Shown here piece by piece: positions 1-10,174 of a stretch of DNA of 64,000 bases (its first letter is position 1; every line of letters begins with the position of its first letter). The stretch spans positions 50,404 through 114,403 of the forward strand of contig FR899774.1 in the NCBI GenBank assembly GCA_000437355.1, read 5' to 3'. A program made the translations under genes and the position numbers. The notes beneath the pieces were generated by a model. The model was not told the origin of the DNA. It was given only the letters and a program-made list of their open reading frames with translations, and did no database searches. The stretch is from Firmicutes bacterium CAG:460. GTDB taxonomy: Bacteria; Bacillota_I; Bacilli_A; RF39; UBA660.

Positions 1-513
1 TGTATAGTTATAGCGCTAGCTCCATTTGCTTCCGCTATTTTAGCTATTTCTACTGCATTTATGGAATTAGCATCCCAACCACTTCTAATTTTTACTGTAA
101 CTGGAACATTTACAGCTTCAACTACAGCCTTAATTATTTCTCCAACTTTTTCAGGATTTTTAAGTAACGCACTACCAGCTTGATTTTTAACAGCAACCTT
201 TGGAACAGGGCACCCCATATTTATGTCCAGGATATCTGGAGCCATCTTACTTTCCACAATTTTAGCAGCTTCCACAAATGATTTTACATCACTTCCAAAT
301 ATTTGTTGACTAATTGGTCTTTCATCATCATTCATTCTTAAAAGTTCAAAAGTTTTCTCATTCCCATAAGTAATTGCTTTATCACTAACCATTTCTGCTA
401 CAACTAAAGATGCCCCCATAGACTTACAAATTCTTCTAAAAGTCATATTACTAATACCAGCCATCGGTGCAACTACTATTTTTCCATTAATTTCTACATT
501 TCCTATTTTCCAC
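1..513 (-). CDS. dusB: tRNA-dihydrouridine synthase (DusB-like). Partial: the start codon is at 513 and the C-terminus runs off the window.
   Basis: Minus-strand translation from the ATG at 511-513 gives MWKIGNVEINGKIVVAPMAGISNMTFRR...DINMGCPVPKVAVKNQAGSALL. These are Dus-family FMN-binding motifs. Confidence 0.8.
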
Positions 514-529
514 ATAAATCCCCCATAAA

Positions 530-1102
530 TTATTTTCGCAAAATCCCAATATCACCAGAGTTAAGTAAAAAAGCATTAGCATCATCAGTATCTAAATGAG
601 CCTCAAAATACCCATCTATACTAACCTTTGCTTTTACTAATATTGCACCCTTTTTTACTCCATCAATTTCTAAATATAAATCTTCTCCATCTGAGACTTT
701 ATACTTTTTAGCGTCATCTAAACTAAAATGAACATGTCTATCTGCAATTATAGCAAAATTACCAGTTATTTCTCCCTTATCAGTCCTAACTTTAATTAAA
801 CCTGCTCCATCTAAATTACCACTTTTTCTAACTGGCAACCTTAACCCTAATCTTCTTGCATCACTGGCTGACATCTCTACTTGAATATACTTCCTTGCAG
901 GTCCAATAACCCTTACATTTTCTATTACACCTTCACTAGTTTCTATTGTAACTGTTTCGATAGATGCAAATTGACCAACTTGATTTAAATTATTTCTAAC
1001 ATGTAATTCATGACCAAACAATTTATTTATTGCATCTTCAGTTAAATGAACATGTCTTCCACTTATCATAATGTTAACATTTTCTTCTAAATCAAATTTC
1101 AT
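530..1102 (-). CDS. pduL: PduL/EutD-type phosphate propanoyl/acetyl-transferase
   Basis: 190 aa with two internally duplicated halves. Each half carries an RHVH motif (ISGRHVHLT and IADRHVHFS), typical of PduL-family phosphotransacylases. Confidence 0.6.
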   Translation of the reverse strand: MKFDLEENVNIMISGRHVHLTEDAINKLFGHELHVRNNLNQVGQFASIETVTIETSEGVIENVRVIGPARKYIQVEMSASDARRLGLRLPVRKSGNLDGAGLIKVRTDKGEITGNFAIIADRHVHFSLDDAKKYKVSDGEDLYLEIDGVKKGAILVKAKVSIDGYFEAHLDTDDANAFLLNSGDIGILRK

Positions 1103-1751
1103 AAAGAACTACCTCACAATTAACAACTTTCCCCTTTTCAAAATCTACTTTAATTATATCAACATCACTTAAATTATCATCAATTATAACTCTTTCATTA
1201 AAACTTAAAACTAATCTATCATCCAAATTATAACCATGTTCTAACTTATCTAACAAATATCCCATTATAGCACTCTTCTGTGTAAAAATAACCACATTCT
1301 TATTACCATTTTTCTTTATTATTCTATCAATTGCTATATTCATTCTTTTATTAACTTCATTTAAACTTTCTCCATGATTAAACTTAAAATCAAAGTCTCG
1401 CTCTTGCATAAATCTAAGCATTTTAATATTTCGTCTACCTAAATCACCAATTCTTAAATCATTTAAAAACGAATTAATATTTATATCAACATTTTTATAG
1501 CTTGCATAATACTTAGCAGCACCAATACTTGATGCATAACTAGAAGAATAAACAACACTTGCATCAATTTTTTTAACAAGTTTTACACTTGCTTTTTCAC
1601 CTTCAATTGAAAGAGGTCTATTAATTCTTTTATCTTCTACCCCTTCATCAGTTTCATATAATATATTATCAATTACTAAATTATTACTCACTAAAAATAA
1701 TGTCACTATAATCACCATAATCATTGTATCAAATAAATTTAGAGTTGACAA
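1092..1751 (-). CDS. Histidine-phosphatase-fold (phosphoglycerate-mutase-like) protein. The catalytic Arg/His/His residues are apparently not conserved.
   Basis: Segments resemble PGM-family blocks (RPLSIEGEKASVKL; GESLNEVNKRM...VVIFTQKSAIMGYL). The RHG and SHG His positions are replaced. The N-terminus is hydrophobic. Confidence 0.4.
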   Translation of the reverse strand: MSTLNLFDTMIMVIIVTLFLVSNNLVIDNILYETDEGVEDKRINRPLSIEGEKASVKLVKKIDASVVYSSSYASSIGAAKYYASYKNVDININSFLNDLRIGDLGRRNIKMLRFMQERDFDFKFNHGESLNEVNKRMNIAIDRIIKKNGNKNVVIFTQKSAIMGYLLDKLEHGYNLDDRLVLSFNERVIIDDNLSDVDIIKVDFEKGKVVNCEVVLYEI

Positions 1752-1773
1752 TATCTACGAACTATACTATAGT
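1745..1773 (+). promoter_or_regulatory. Sigma-A-type promoter for the RNB-family exoribonuclease gene
   Basis: TTGACA (1745-1750), a 17-nt spacer, then TATAGT (1768-1773). An RBS GAGGA sits ahead of the ATG at 1794. Confidence 0.5.
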
Positions 1774-1793
1774 TAAGTTATGAGGATAAGTTT

Positions 1794-4265
1794 ATGAAAA
1801 ATATGTTAATTGAAATTTTTAAACCTACACCTATTGAAATTACACTAGAAGAACTTGAAAAAAAGTTATACGGAAGAATAATTGCGGGGAAGACTAAAGA
1901 AAATATTTTAAATGACTTAAAACTATTAGAATTAGAAGGAAAAATATTTTATGATGCTAGGAATAACACATACAAGACATTTCCCTCTAATTTTTTTATT
2001 ACGAAAGTTATTTCTGTAAAAGACAATGAATTTTATTTTAAAATTAATAACAAAGATTATAACTTACCATTAAAAGGTAATATCAAAAAGAAAGATACCA
2101 TCATTTTAGAAAGAGTACACAATAGATTTAAATTAATTAAAGTATTACCAAATATTGAATTAGAAAAAAGTAATGATTATGAAGTTATTTGTAACATGTT
2201 CGATGCTTACAACAAGAGTTACTCACTAAATACTCTTTCTAAAATGCTCAAAACAAAAGATTTAGAAACTCTAAAACTTACATTAAAACAACTTGAAGAA
2301 CAAGGAAAAGTTTACTTTAATGAAGATGAAAATAAATATCAGCCTTTTCCAAAACAATACAAGATTGTTACAATTGAAACAGGTAAAAAAGGATTTTACT
2401 TTATCAGAAATAAAGATAGTTTATATCCCCTTAAAGATGAAGAAACCATGGGGATATTACCATTTGATAAAGTTATATTAGAAAAAACTAAAGATGGATT
2501 TTCTATCATAAAAGTGTTGAAAAGAAATAATCCTAATATTATCTGTGAAGTAACAGAAAAAGGCATCAGAGTTGTTGGAAATAACAATATAAAAGTTAGA
2601 TGTAATGAAAAAGAATTTAAAGATTTAAGATTGCCAATTGGAACTAGAATCCTTGTTAAAATTGGAACAAAAGAAACAAATAAAGTTTATGATGTATCTT
2701 TTATTGAAGTAACTGGACATAAAAATGATTTAACCAGTGAACTGGAAGCAATAGCATGTAATAATGGTTTTGTGACACGATATACAAAAGAAGAATTAGA
2801 ACAAATAAATTCTATTCCTAAAGAAGTTTTAGAAAAAGATAAAATTGGTAAAGTTGATTTAACTAACGAAACTATATTTACAATTGATGGAGCTAATACT
2901 AAAGATATGGATGATGCAGTTGGTATTACAAAAACTAAAGATAACAAATATATTTTGACAGTACCAATTGCTCATGTATCACATTATATACCATATAATT
3001 CTCCATTATGGATTAGAGCCTCTAAAAACACAACCAGTCTTTATCTTGCTAACCATGTTCTTCACATGTTACACCCATTTATTTCAAATGGAATTTGTTC
3101 TTTAAACCCTAATGTTGAAAGACTAGCTAAAACCTACAGAATGACTATTAATGAAAATGGTTATGTTGAAAATTTAGAAATATTTGATAGTGTTATTAAA
3201 TCTAAAAAGAAAATGACTTATGAAGACGTTAATCAAATATTTTATGAAAATACAGTACCTGAAGGTTATGAACCTTTTTTAAAAGATTTATCTTTATTAC
3301 AAGAATTATCTCACATTATTGAAAACAGAAGAATAAAAAATGGTTCATTAGAATTTGATTCTAAAGAAATAGAATTTATAGAAACAGAAGATAGTCTTAA
3401 TTTATCAGCAAAGACACAAAAAGAAGCTGAAAAAATAATTGCAAATTGTATGATTATTACAAATGAAGCTATCGCAGATTATACTCTTAATTTATGTCTT
3501 ATTTCCATTTATAGAAACCATGAAATACCAATGGATGAAAAATTACGAGTTACTTTAAAATTAATTAAGTCAATCGGATATAAAATTGAATGTTTAAAAG
3601 ATACAACAGACCCACATGTTTTACAAAAAATTATTAATTCATTAAGCACTAAAGAAGAATTTTTTATTTTATCTTCTCTACTTTTAAGAAGTATGCAAAA
3701 AGCATATTACAGTACAGATAATCGAGGTCATTATGGTCTTGCTTTAGATGGTTATTCTCAAGTAACATCACCAATAAGAAGATTTATGGATCTAATTATT
3801 GAATACATATTAGATAATATTGAAATTATGCTTGATCCATCATTTGATATAGAAAACTTTAAAAATGAACTTGAAGAATATGCTAAAAGAGCATCAATTA
3901 TGGAAAGATGTGCAGATAAAGCAGAATATGAAGCTAATAAACTTTATATGGTTAAATATGTTAAAGAACATTTCGATGAAACATTCGAAGGATTTATTCA
4001 AGATATCACTCCACGTGGATTAATTATAAAAACCAAAGAATTAATCGAAGGCATTATTTTCTTTGAAGATTTAGATGATGGACTATACACTTATAATAAG
4101 GAATGTAGATGGTTAGAACATAAAAACAATAATAAAAAGATTATGATTGGTTCAAAAATTTTATTAACACCCAAAGAACTAGATGAAGAATTTAGAGTAA
4201 TTTACTTTAATGGCAACTCAAATACTTTAATAAAAGAACAAACACTAACACGAAAAAAAGACTAA
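1794..4265 (+). CDS. RNB-family 3'-5' exoribonuclease (RNase II/R-like paralog with a long N-terminal extension)
   Basis: 823 aa. RNB-domain motifs are present (DGANTKDMDDAV, GICSLNPNVERLA, HYGLALDGYSQVTSPIRRFMDL). A canonical rnr also exists at 31361-33472. Confidence 0.75.
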   Translation: MKNMLIEIFKPTPIEITLEELEKKLYGRIIAGKTKENILNDLKLLELEGKIFYDARNNTYKTFPSNFFITKVISVKDNEFYFKINNKDYNLPLKGNIKKKDTIILERVHNRFKLIKVLPNIELEKSNDYEVICNMFDAYNKSYSLNTLSKMLKTKDLETLKLTLKQLEEQGKVYFNEDENKYQPFPKQYKIVTIETGKKGFYFIRNKDSLYPLKDEETMGILPFDKVILEKTKDGFSIIKVLKRNNPNIICEVTEKGIRVVGNNNIKVRCNEKEFKDLRLPIGTRILVKIGTKETNKVYDVSFIEVTGHKNDLTSELEAIACNNGFVTRYTKEELEQINSIPKEVLEKDKIGKVDLTNETIFTIDGANTKDMDDAVGITKTKDNKYILTVPIAHVSHYIPYNSPLWIRASKNTTSLYLANHVLHMLHPFISNGICSLNPNVERLAKTYRMTINENGYVENLEIFDSVIKSKKKMTYEDVNQIFYENTVPEGYEPFLKDLSLLQELSHIIENRRIKNGSLEFDSKEIEFIETEDSLNLSAKTQKEAEKIIANCMIITNEAIADYTLNLCLISIYRNHEIPMDEKLRVTLKLIKSIGYKIECLKDTTDPHVLQKIINSLSTKEEFFILSSLLLRSMQKAYYSTDNRGHYGLALDGYSQVTSPIRRFMDLIIEYILDNIEIMLDPSFDIENFKNELEEYAKRASIMERCADKAEYEANKLYMVKYVKEHFDETFEGFIQDITPRGLIIKTKELIEGIIFFEDLDDGLYTYNKECRWLEHKNNNKKIMIGSKILLTPKELDEEFRVIYFNGNSNTLIKEQTLTRKKD

Positions 4266-4512
4266 AAAAGGTAAAACGTTCATTATTGGTCGAACTTTTC
4301 ACCTCATTTAAGTTGTCTTGATTTATATTTAAACTAATTACTGAACCCGTTTCAAATGTAAATGTATCTACTGTACTCGCATTAATTTTAATATCAGTTG
4401 ATTTTCCTTTGCCTGTCTGTGCCATAAAGTATGCAAATGTTGCAGTAACCAGCGTTAATGCTAATGCTATTAAACTTATAATACTTATTATTTTTGTTTT
4501 TTTATTTTTCAT
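4207..4512 (-). CDS. Hypothetical small exported/membrane protein. The ORF overlaps the antisense 3' end of the RNB gene.
   Basis: N-terminal signal or anchor (MKNKKTKIISIISLIALALTLVTATFAYF). The last ~20 codons are antisense to the exoribonuclease C-terminus, so the true stop may be disrupted. Confidence 0.2.
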   Translation of the reverse strand: MKNKKTKIISIISLIALALTLVTATFAYFMAQTGKGKSTDIKINASTVDTFTFETGSVISLNINQDNLNEVKSSTNNERFTFFSLFFVLVFVLLLKYLSCH

Positions 4513-4575
4513 ATTTTACCCACTTTCATTACAATATCACACACAGATATTTTATTTTACATAACCATTTTAACC

Positions 4576-4620
4576 AAAAAAACATCAAATTAACGCATTC
4601 GTGTTATTTGATGTTTTTTT
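4576..4620. terminator. Rho-independent, bidirectional-type terminator downstream of rmuC
   Basis: A ~12-bp stem (AAAACATCAAAT...ATTTGATGTTTT) flanked by A- and T-runs. Confidence 0.5.
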
Positions 4621-4623
4621 CAC

Positions 4624-5724
4624 TTACTTCATCTCAATCATTTCTATATTATCTTCTTTATTACCTAACTTATCTAAATCAACACTATTAATACTATCAA
4701 ATCTCTTAGTGATTTTTTCACTTGTGGTATGAAGTTCATCAATACTTTGATTTACAGTTTTAACACTTCTAGCAAGTTTATCCCAACGTTCTTTATATCT
4801 AGAAAATTCTACACTTAATTTATTTAGTTCTTCATGAATAACTTTAGCATATTTATCTCTTTCCATATTTTTAAGTATCATACTAATAATAGAAACAGTA
4901 CTAATTAATGTCGTAGGACCCGCAATCCATACCTTTTTACTATAGGCATAATTTAATAACTCAGCATGATAAGCATTAATTTCTGCAAATAAAGCCTCTG
5001 CTGGTAAAAACATAATAGCTTCATCAGTTGTTTCTCCAGGGATTATGTACTTTTCACTAATATCATTGATATGTTTTTTAACATCACTTACAAACATTTT
5101 TTCATAATAATCTCTTTCTTCTTTAGATTTAGTTCTATCCGTCATTCTTTGATAGTTTTCTAAAGGAAACTTAGAGTCAATTGCAATTGTACCTAAAGGT
5201 GCGGGAGCATAAAGAATAGCATCTGCAATAACACCAGTAGAAAGTTTAACTTGTGTTTTATAAATACCATTTTTATTACTTCCAAATGCATTATTTAAAA
5301 TATATTCCAAATTAACTTCTCCAAATGTACCACGAGTTTTCTTATCAGTAAGAACCCCTTGAAGTGAAACAATTTCTCCATTTAAACTATCAATTTTCTT
5401 TTGAGCTTCATCTATTTTATTTAATCTTTCTAAAACATTCATAAATGTTTTATTACTTTTTTCAAAGTTTTGGTCAAGTCGTTCATTAACTCGATCATTA
5501 ATTAATGTTAACTTCTTTTCAATTCTTTCATTTAATAATTCAAAATCATGAGTTAAAACTTTTGAAAAACCAAACTTAAACTCACCGATTTCTTTATTAA
5601 TATTTGCTTCAAAATGACCAAGTCTTTCAGTCATCTCATTATTGTTATTATTATTTTTTCTTAAAACTAGCACTAGTAAAAGTACTATAACTACTCCAAG
5701 TAGCCCAACAATTACATATTCCAT
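4624..5724 (-). CDS. rmuC: DNA recombination protein RmuC
   Basis: 366 aa. N-terminal TM and coiled coil. The C-terminal RmuC nuclease-like region includes DAILYAPAPLGTIAIDSKFPLENY. Confidence 0.8.
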   Translation of the reverse strand: MEYVIVGLLGVVIVLLLVLVLRKNNNNNNEMTERLGHFEANINKEIGEFKFGFSKVLTHDFELLNERIEKKLTLINDRVNERLDQNFEKSNKTFMNVLERLNKIDEAQKKIDSLNGEIVSLQGVLTDKKTRGTFGEVNLEYILNNAFGSNKNGIYKTQVKLSTGVIADAILYAPAPLGTIAIDSKFPLENYQRMTDRTKSKEERDYYEKMFVSDVKKHINDISEKYIIPGETTDEAIMFLPAEALFAEINAYHAELLNYAYSKKVWIAGPTTLISTVSIISMILKNMERDKYAKVIHEELNKLSVEFSRYKERWDKLARSVKTVNQSIDELHTTSEKITKRFDSINSVDLDKLGNKEDNIEMIEMK

Positions 5725-5733
5725 ACATTCTCC

Positions 5734-6309
5734 TTAAACTTTTATTCTTTTTAATTTTCCTGTTTCATCTATATATACTTGATTTAAATCTAAATCACAT
5801 AACTCATGATAAAGTCTCATAAAATTAGCATTAAATGGATGATACAATGAACCACTGTTTCTAAGTCTTACACTAATACTATACTTACTTGCTAAAAATT
5901 GCTTTTCTATATTTCCTCTATCAAAAGTTATTACAAACTCATCATTAACTTTTGCTATTTCAAAAGAAGGCCCTACATCTACTGAATAATCATCACAAGA
6001 CCATTTAATAACATTGTTTTGTACTAACATATCATAATTTGACGTTCTACGTAACATATTTTTATCGCGTATTTCATAAGGTAATGAACAATTAATCAAA
6101 CTTTCATATAATTCATTAAATATATCATAAACTCTTAAATTGGTTTCATTAATAATTACCTTATTATCAATATCCGCTCCTTTTAAAACAAAATATAAAT
6201 CTAAATTACCTTCAAAAGAAATTTCTAAACTAACTTTATCGTTATTATATAATATTACCCTTGGATATTCTCCATCAATTTTTTTAATACCTAATCTCTC
6301 CATAACCAC
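5734..6309 (-). CDS. Hypothetical protein
   Basis: 191-aa ORF with compact spacing between asnB and rmuC. No family was recognised. Confidence 0.4.
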   Translation of the reverse strand: MVMERLGIKKIDGEYPRVILYNNDKVSLEISFEGNLDLYFVLKGADIDNKVIINETNLRVYDIFNELYESLINCSLPYEIRDKNMLRRTSNYDMLVQNNVIKWSCDDYSVDVGPSFEIAKVNDEFVITFDRGNIEKQFLASKYSISVRLRNSGSLYHPFNANFMRLYHELCDLDLNQVYIDETGKLKRIKV

Positions 6310-6311
6310 TA

Positions 6312-8126
6312 CTATCCTTCAAAAAATACTTGATACCATTTTATAAATGTATAAACTGTCCAAATCTTTCTATAATTATCTTTCTTACCACTTAAATGTT
6401 CATTAAATAATTTATTTAAAAATTTAACATTAAAATATCTATTAGCAACATCACTATTTATTGTTTTTTCAATATCTTCCTTAAATGCTCCATCTTTTAT
6501 CCATTCTCTAATAGGTACTGGAAAACCTAATTTTTTCTTTTTATATGCATCAGTTGGAATAACTTCTTTTGCTGCTTCTCTTAAAGCTACTTTAGTATTT
6601 TCTTTAGTAACTTTATAATCAAAAGGTAGTTTTGATGCTACACTAAATACTTCTTTATCAATAAATGGAACTCTGCCTTCAATGGATGATGCCATAGTCA
6701 TTCTATCAGCTTTAAGTAAAATATCTTTCATTAACCAAAAATTAATATCTATTGCTTGCATTTTATCTATATTACTATAATCTTTAAATTCATTATAGAC
6801 ATTTTTTGTTACATCAATTGCTTTTAATTCATAATTTTTTCTTAATACTTTTCTAGCCATTTTTTCTGAAAAATTTCTATTAACACCGATATAACTATTT
6901 TCTAACTTTTCACCACGTCTTACTAAAAAGTTAAAACCTCTAACCTCTGGAAACAAACCAGCAACTTTTCCAATTGCATGTCTAATACCATAAGGAATTT
7001 TATTATAAAATTTATAATCAACCTCTTCTCTATAATAATTGTATCCTCCGAAAAACTCATCAGCACCTTCACCAGATAACACAACTTTTAAATCACGACT
7101 TGCAAGTTTAGCAACAAAATATAGTGATATTGCAGCAGGATCACTCGTAGGTTCATCTAAATGATACATAATCTTAGGTATAGCATCTAAATACTCATCT
7201 TTTTTAATTATTTTGCTTTCATTTTTTATACCTAATTTATCTGCTAAATCTTTAGCATAATTTATTTCATCATACTTTTTATTCTCATACCCTACTGTGT
7301 ATGTTTTATGAGGTCTAGCTAAAGATACAATGTATGATGAGTCAATTCCACTAGATAGAAATGAGCCAACCTCAACATCTGCTATTAAATGTCTTTTTAC
7401 ACTATCTTCCATAACATCACTAATATTTTTAACAGCATCTGTAAAACTCATTTTATCTTCTTTAAAATCTAATTTAAAATATTTATTTATTTTTATATCT
7501 TCATCTTTATATAATAAACTGCATCCTGCATCTAATCTATAAACACCTTTAAAAAATGTTTCATTCGTAGGTACAAAACTAAATTCTAAGTAGGTTTCCA
7601 ATATTTCTTCATTAAATTCTTTCTTAAAATCTGGGACATCTAAGAAAGATTTAATTTCTGATGCAAACATAAAACTATCATTCATCTTTGCATAATAAAG
7701 TGGTTTAATACCAAAATTATCTCGTGCTAAAAATATTTCATTACGATTTTTATCATGAATAGCAAAAGCAAACATTCCCCTTAAGTGTTTAGGTAAATCC
7801 GTATGCCACTCTTCATATCCATGGACTAATACCTCGGTATCACTCTTTGTTTTAAACTCATGACCTAAAGATTCTAGTTCGCTTCGTAACTCAAGATAAT
7901 TATAAATTTCTCCATTATAAACTGTTACAACACTATTATCTTCGTTATAAATTGGTTGGTCCCCAGTTGAAAGGTCAATAATTGATAATCTACGATGGCC
8001 AAAAGCAATATCACCATCAATGTAATAACCTTCTCCATCTGGTCCACGATGCATAATTCTGTCATTCATTTTTTTGATAATATCTTTATTGTCACCTTTT
8101 CTAACTATTCCACATATACCACACAT
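6312..8126 (-). CDS. asnB: Asparagine synthetase (glutamine-hydrolysing), AsnB family
   Basis: N-terminal MCGICGIV places the Ntn Cys2. The synthetase domain includes SGGIDSS. The likely start is the ATG giving MCGI, and the ORF-track start lies 3 codons upstream. Confidence 0.85.
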   Translation of the reverse strand: MCGICGIVRKGDNKDIIKKMNDRIMHRGPDGEGYYIDGDIAFGHRRLSIIDLSTGDQPIYNEDNSVVTVYNGEIYNYLELRSELESLGHEFKTKSDTEVLVHGYEEWHTDLPKHLRGMFAFAIHDKNRNEIFLARDNFGIKPLYYAKMNDSFMFASEIKSFLDVPDFKKEFNEEILETYLEFSFVPTNETFFKGVYRLDAGCSLLYKDEDIKINKYFKLDFKEDKMSFTDAVKNISDVMEDSVKRHLIADVEVGSFLSSGIDSSYIVSLARPHKTYTVGYENKKYDEINYAKDLADKLGIKNESKIIKKDEYLDAIPKIMYHLDEPTSDPAAISLYFVAKLASRDLKVVLSGEGADEFFGGYNYYREEVDYKFYNKIPYGIRHAIGKVAGLFPEVRGFNFLVRRGEKLENSYIGVNRNFSEKMARKVLRKNYELKAIDVTKNVYNEFKDYSNIDKMQAIDINFWLMKDILLKADRMTMASSIEGRVPFIDKEVFSVASKLPFDYKVTKENTKVALREAAKEVIPTDAYKKKKLGFPVPIREWIKDGAFKEDIEKTINSDVANRYFNVKFLNKLFNEHLSGKKDNYRKIWTVYTFIKWYQVFFEG

Positions 8127-8127
8127 A

Positions 8128-10092
8128 TTAATCACCTAATACTTTCTTATAATAATTATTTACCATTATATTTTTACTCATTGACATTCTATTATTAACA
8201 ACGCTATTCATATAAGTAATATAATCATTACTTACATCTACGCTTTCATTTGGAACAAACTTTTTACTTTGAGAAAAATATTTACCTTTATCACTAACCC
8301 AGCTTCTATTACCAAATATTGCAAGACCTGGCTCTGTACTTAAAATATCTTTACCAATAATAAGCCTTGAATCATATTTAACTCCAAACAAATTATATAG
8401 TGTTGGTAAAACATCTATTTGACTACCTACTTTATCTATTTTAATAGTTTCCATTTTATTATTCCATAATATAAAATTACTTTTATTTACTTCAATTACA
8501 CCATCTTTTTTATAAGATGATATTTCATTTACCTCATCTAAACTTAAATAATATGGATAATGATCTCCAACTAAAGCAATAACTGTATCATCTAATACTC
8601 CAGCATCATTTAGTTTTTTAATTAATATTTCTAAAGCTCTATCAAGTTCTATTTGAGCTGCCAAATAAGCCTTTGGTTTTTCACTATAATCTAAATTTTT
8701 AACTTCATTATAATGTTTTTTTGCTGTGGCACTAGATGAAAATGTATAACCACCATGTCCGCTAACAGTTACATAATATGTAAAGAAAGGTTTATCACTA
8801 TTAATATAATCATCTATCGTAGCATTAATCATTTCTACATCTGATTCTGGCCAAGTATGACAATTAATACTTTTTTCTAAACCATTAAAACATCCTTTAA
8901 AATTATCAAACCCTAACGATTTTAAATAAATATATCTATTTTGAAAATAAACGCTATGGTCATGATAAGCAAACGTATTATAATCCATATTTTTAAATAT
9001 TGTGCCAATACCAAAAGGATAATAATTTGTTCCTGTTTTCCAAGGACTTAAAAAACCTGATGCTGCCACTAAACCAGTAAGTTCTTGAAATTCTCCCCCA
9101 ATCGTACTACTAATCGTCGGAGTATAAAAGTTTTCAAAAACAAATCCACTATTAACAAGTTTATATAATGTCGGAGTTAAATCTTCTCTAACTGCTATTT
9201 CATTAAAACTCTCAGCCATAAATAGAATTAAATTTTTACCTTTAAAGTATCCAGTATACATATTTTCTTTTGTACCACTTTCACTTTTAAAATATTCATG
9301 CATTGCTTTAATAGTTTTATTACTTTCACTACTTATTAATTTATCAAAATCAATATCCAAATTATTATACTCATAATTTTTTACACCAACATTATCATTA
9401 CCATCATTATTGTTTACATCATCTCTTGGTTTATTTGGTATATCAATTATTTCTTCAAATCCAAATATATTTCTATAAGTATCTATGAAAAAAGCATTTA
9501 CTACCCCAAAAGTTCTTACATTTAAATCAACATTATTAACACTTGTATATAACTTATACGGAGAATTAACTTCATCTCTTTTTATATTTAAAACTCCATA
9601 AAACGATAATCCTGTTAAAACACATAACACAATTTTAACAATATTAGCTTTTACATCATCTTTTTCTATTACAATTATTCTATTATAAATTAAAAATAAT
9701 ATAAATGGCATAAAATTTAAAATAAGTCCAATAATATTGGCAATAATTAAATTTAATCCATCACCTGCAAAAGATGCAATTTGTCCACTTGCCCCAATTA
9801 ATGTCCAATCAAAATAAAAACCAAACATCTTAAATACACAAAGTTGAACACTATATAAAAATCCTAACAAAAATAATCCACTTAAAAACATTATTTTATT
9901 AACTTTTCTATTAAACAATTTACCTATTATACATATCAAAATTGTCATAAATATATTAAACACTATTACATATAAAAGACTAATATTAAAAATATCAATA
10001 TTATTAAACATTCTAAATATCAATTCTAAATATAATAAAACAATAAACATTACAATACTTAAATAAAATGTCCTTAATTTAAATCTCTTCAT
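8128..10092 (-). CDS. LtaS-family lipoteichoic acid synthase (polytopic membrane sulfatase-fold protein)
   Basis: 654 aa. About 5 N-terminal TM helices are followed by an extracellular alkaline-phosphatase/sulfatase domain. Confidence 0.8.
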   Translation of the reverse strand: MKRFKLRTFYLSIVMFIVLLYLELIFRMFNNIDIFNISLLYVIVFNIFMTILICIIGKLFNRKVNKIMFLSGLFLLGFLYSVQLCVFKMFGFYFDWTLIGASGQIASFAGDGLNLIIANIIGLILNFMPFILFLIYNRIIVIEKDDVKANIVKIVLCVLTGLSFYGVLNIKRDEVNSPYKLYTSVNNVDLNVRTFGVVNAFFIDTYRNIFGFEEIIDIPNKPRDDVNNNDGNDNVGVKNYEYNNLDIDFDKLISSESNKTIKAMHEYFKSESGTKENMYTGYFKGKNLILFMAESFNEIAVREDLTPTLYKLVNSGFVFENFYTPTISSTIGGEFQELTGLVAASGFLSPWKTGTNYYPFGIGTIFKNMDYNTFAYHDHSVYFQNRYIYLKSLGFDNFKGCFNGLEKSINCHTWPESDVEMINATIDDYINSDKPFFTYYVTVSGHGGYTFSSSATAKKHYNEVKNLDYSEKPKAYLAAQIELDRALEILIKKLNDAGVLDDTVIALVGDHYPYYLSLDEVNEISSYKKDGVIEVNKSNFILWNNKMETIKIDKVGSQIDVLPTLYNLFGVKYDSRLIIGKDILSTEPGLAIFGNRSWVSDKGKYFSQSKKFVPNESVDVSNDYITYMNSVVNNRMSMSKNIMVNNYYKKVLGD

Positions 10093-10174
10093 AGAACGTT
10101 CTCCTACTAAATATTATACCACTTCCAATCACTTTTATATATATTTATTTACACTACTTGACACCAAAAAGACT

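Noticed and set aside
4494-4691. 65-aa plus-strand ORF (MFFYFSYFTHFHYN...)
   Set aside because: It spans the rmuC terminator hairpin and the rmuC 3' end antisense. It has no RBS and its composition is an artifact.
5600-5680. Poly-Asn tracts (in rmuC, the 80-aa ORF at 29672-29914, the lipoprotein linker)
   Set aside because: These are AAT/AAC runs expected in a ~70% A+T genome. They are not a specific repeat system.
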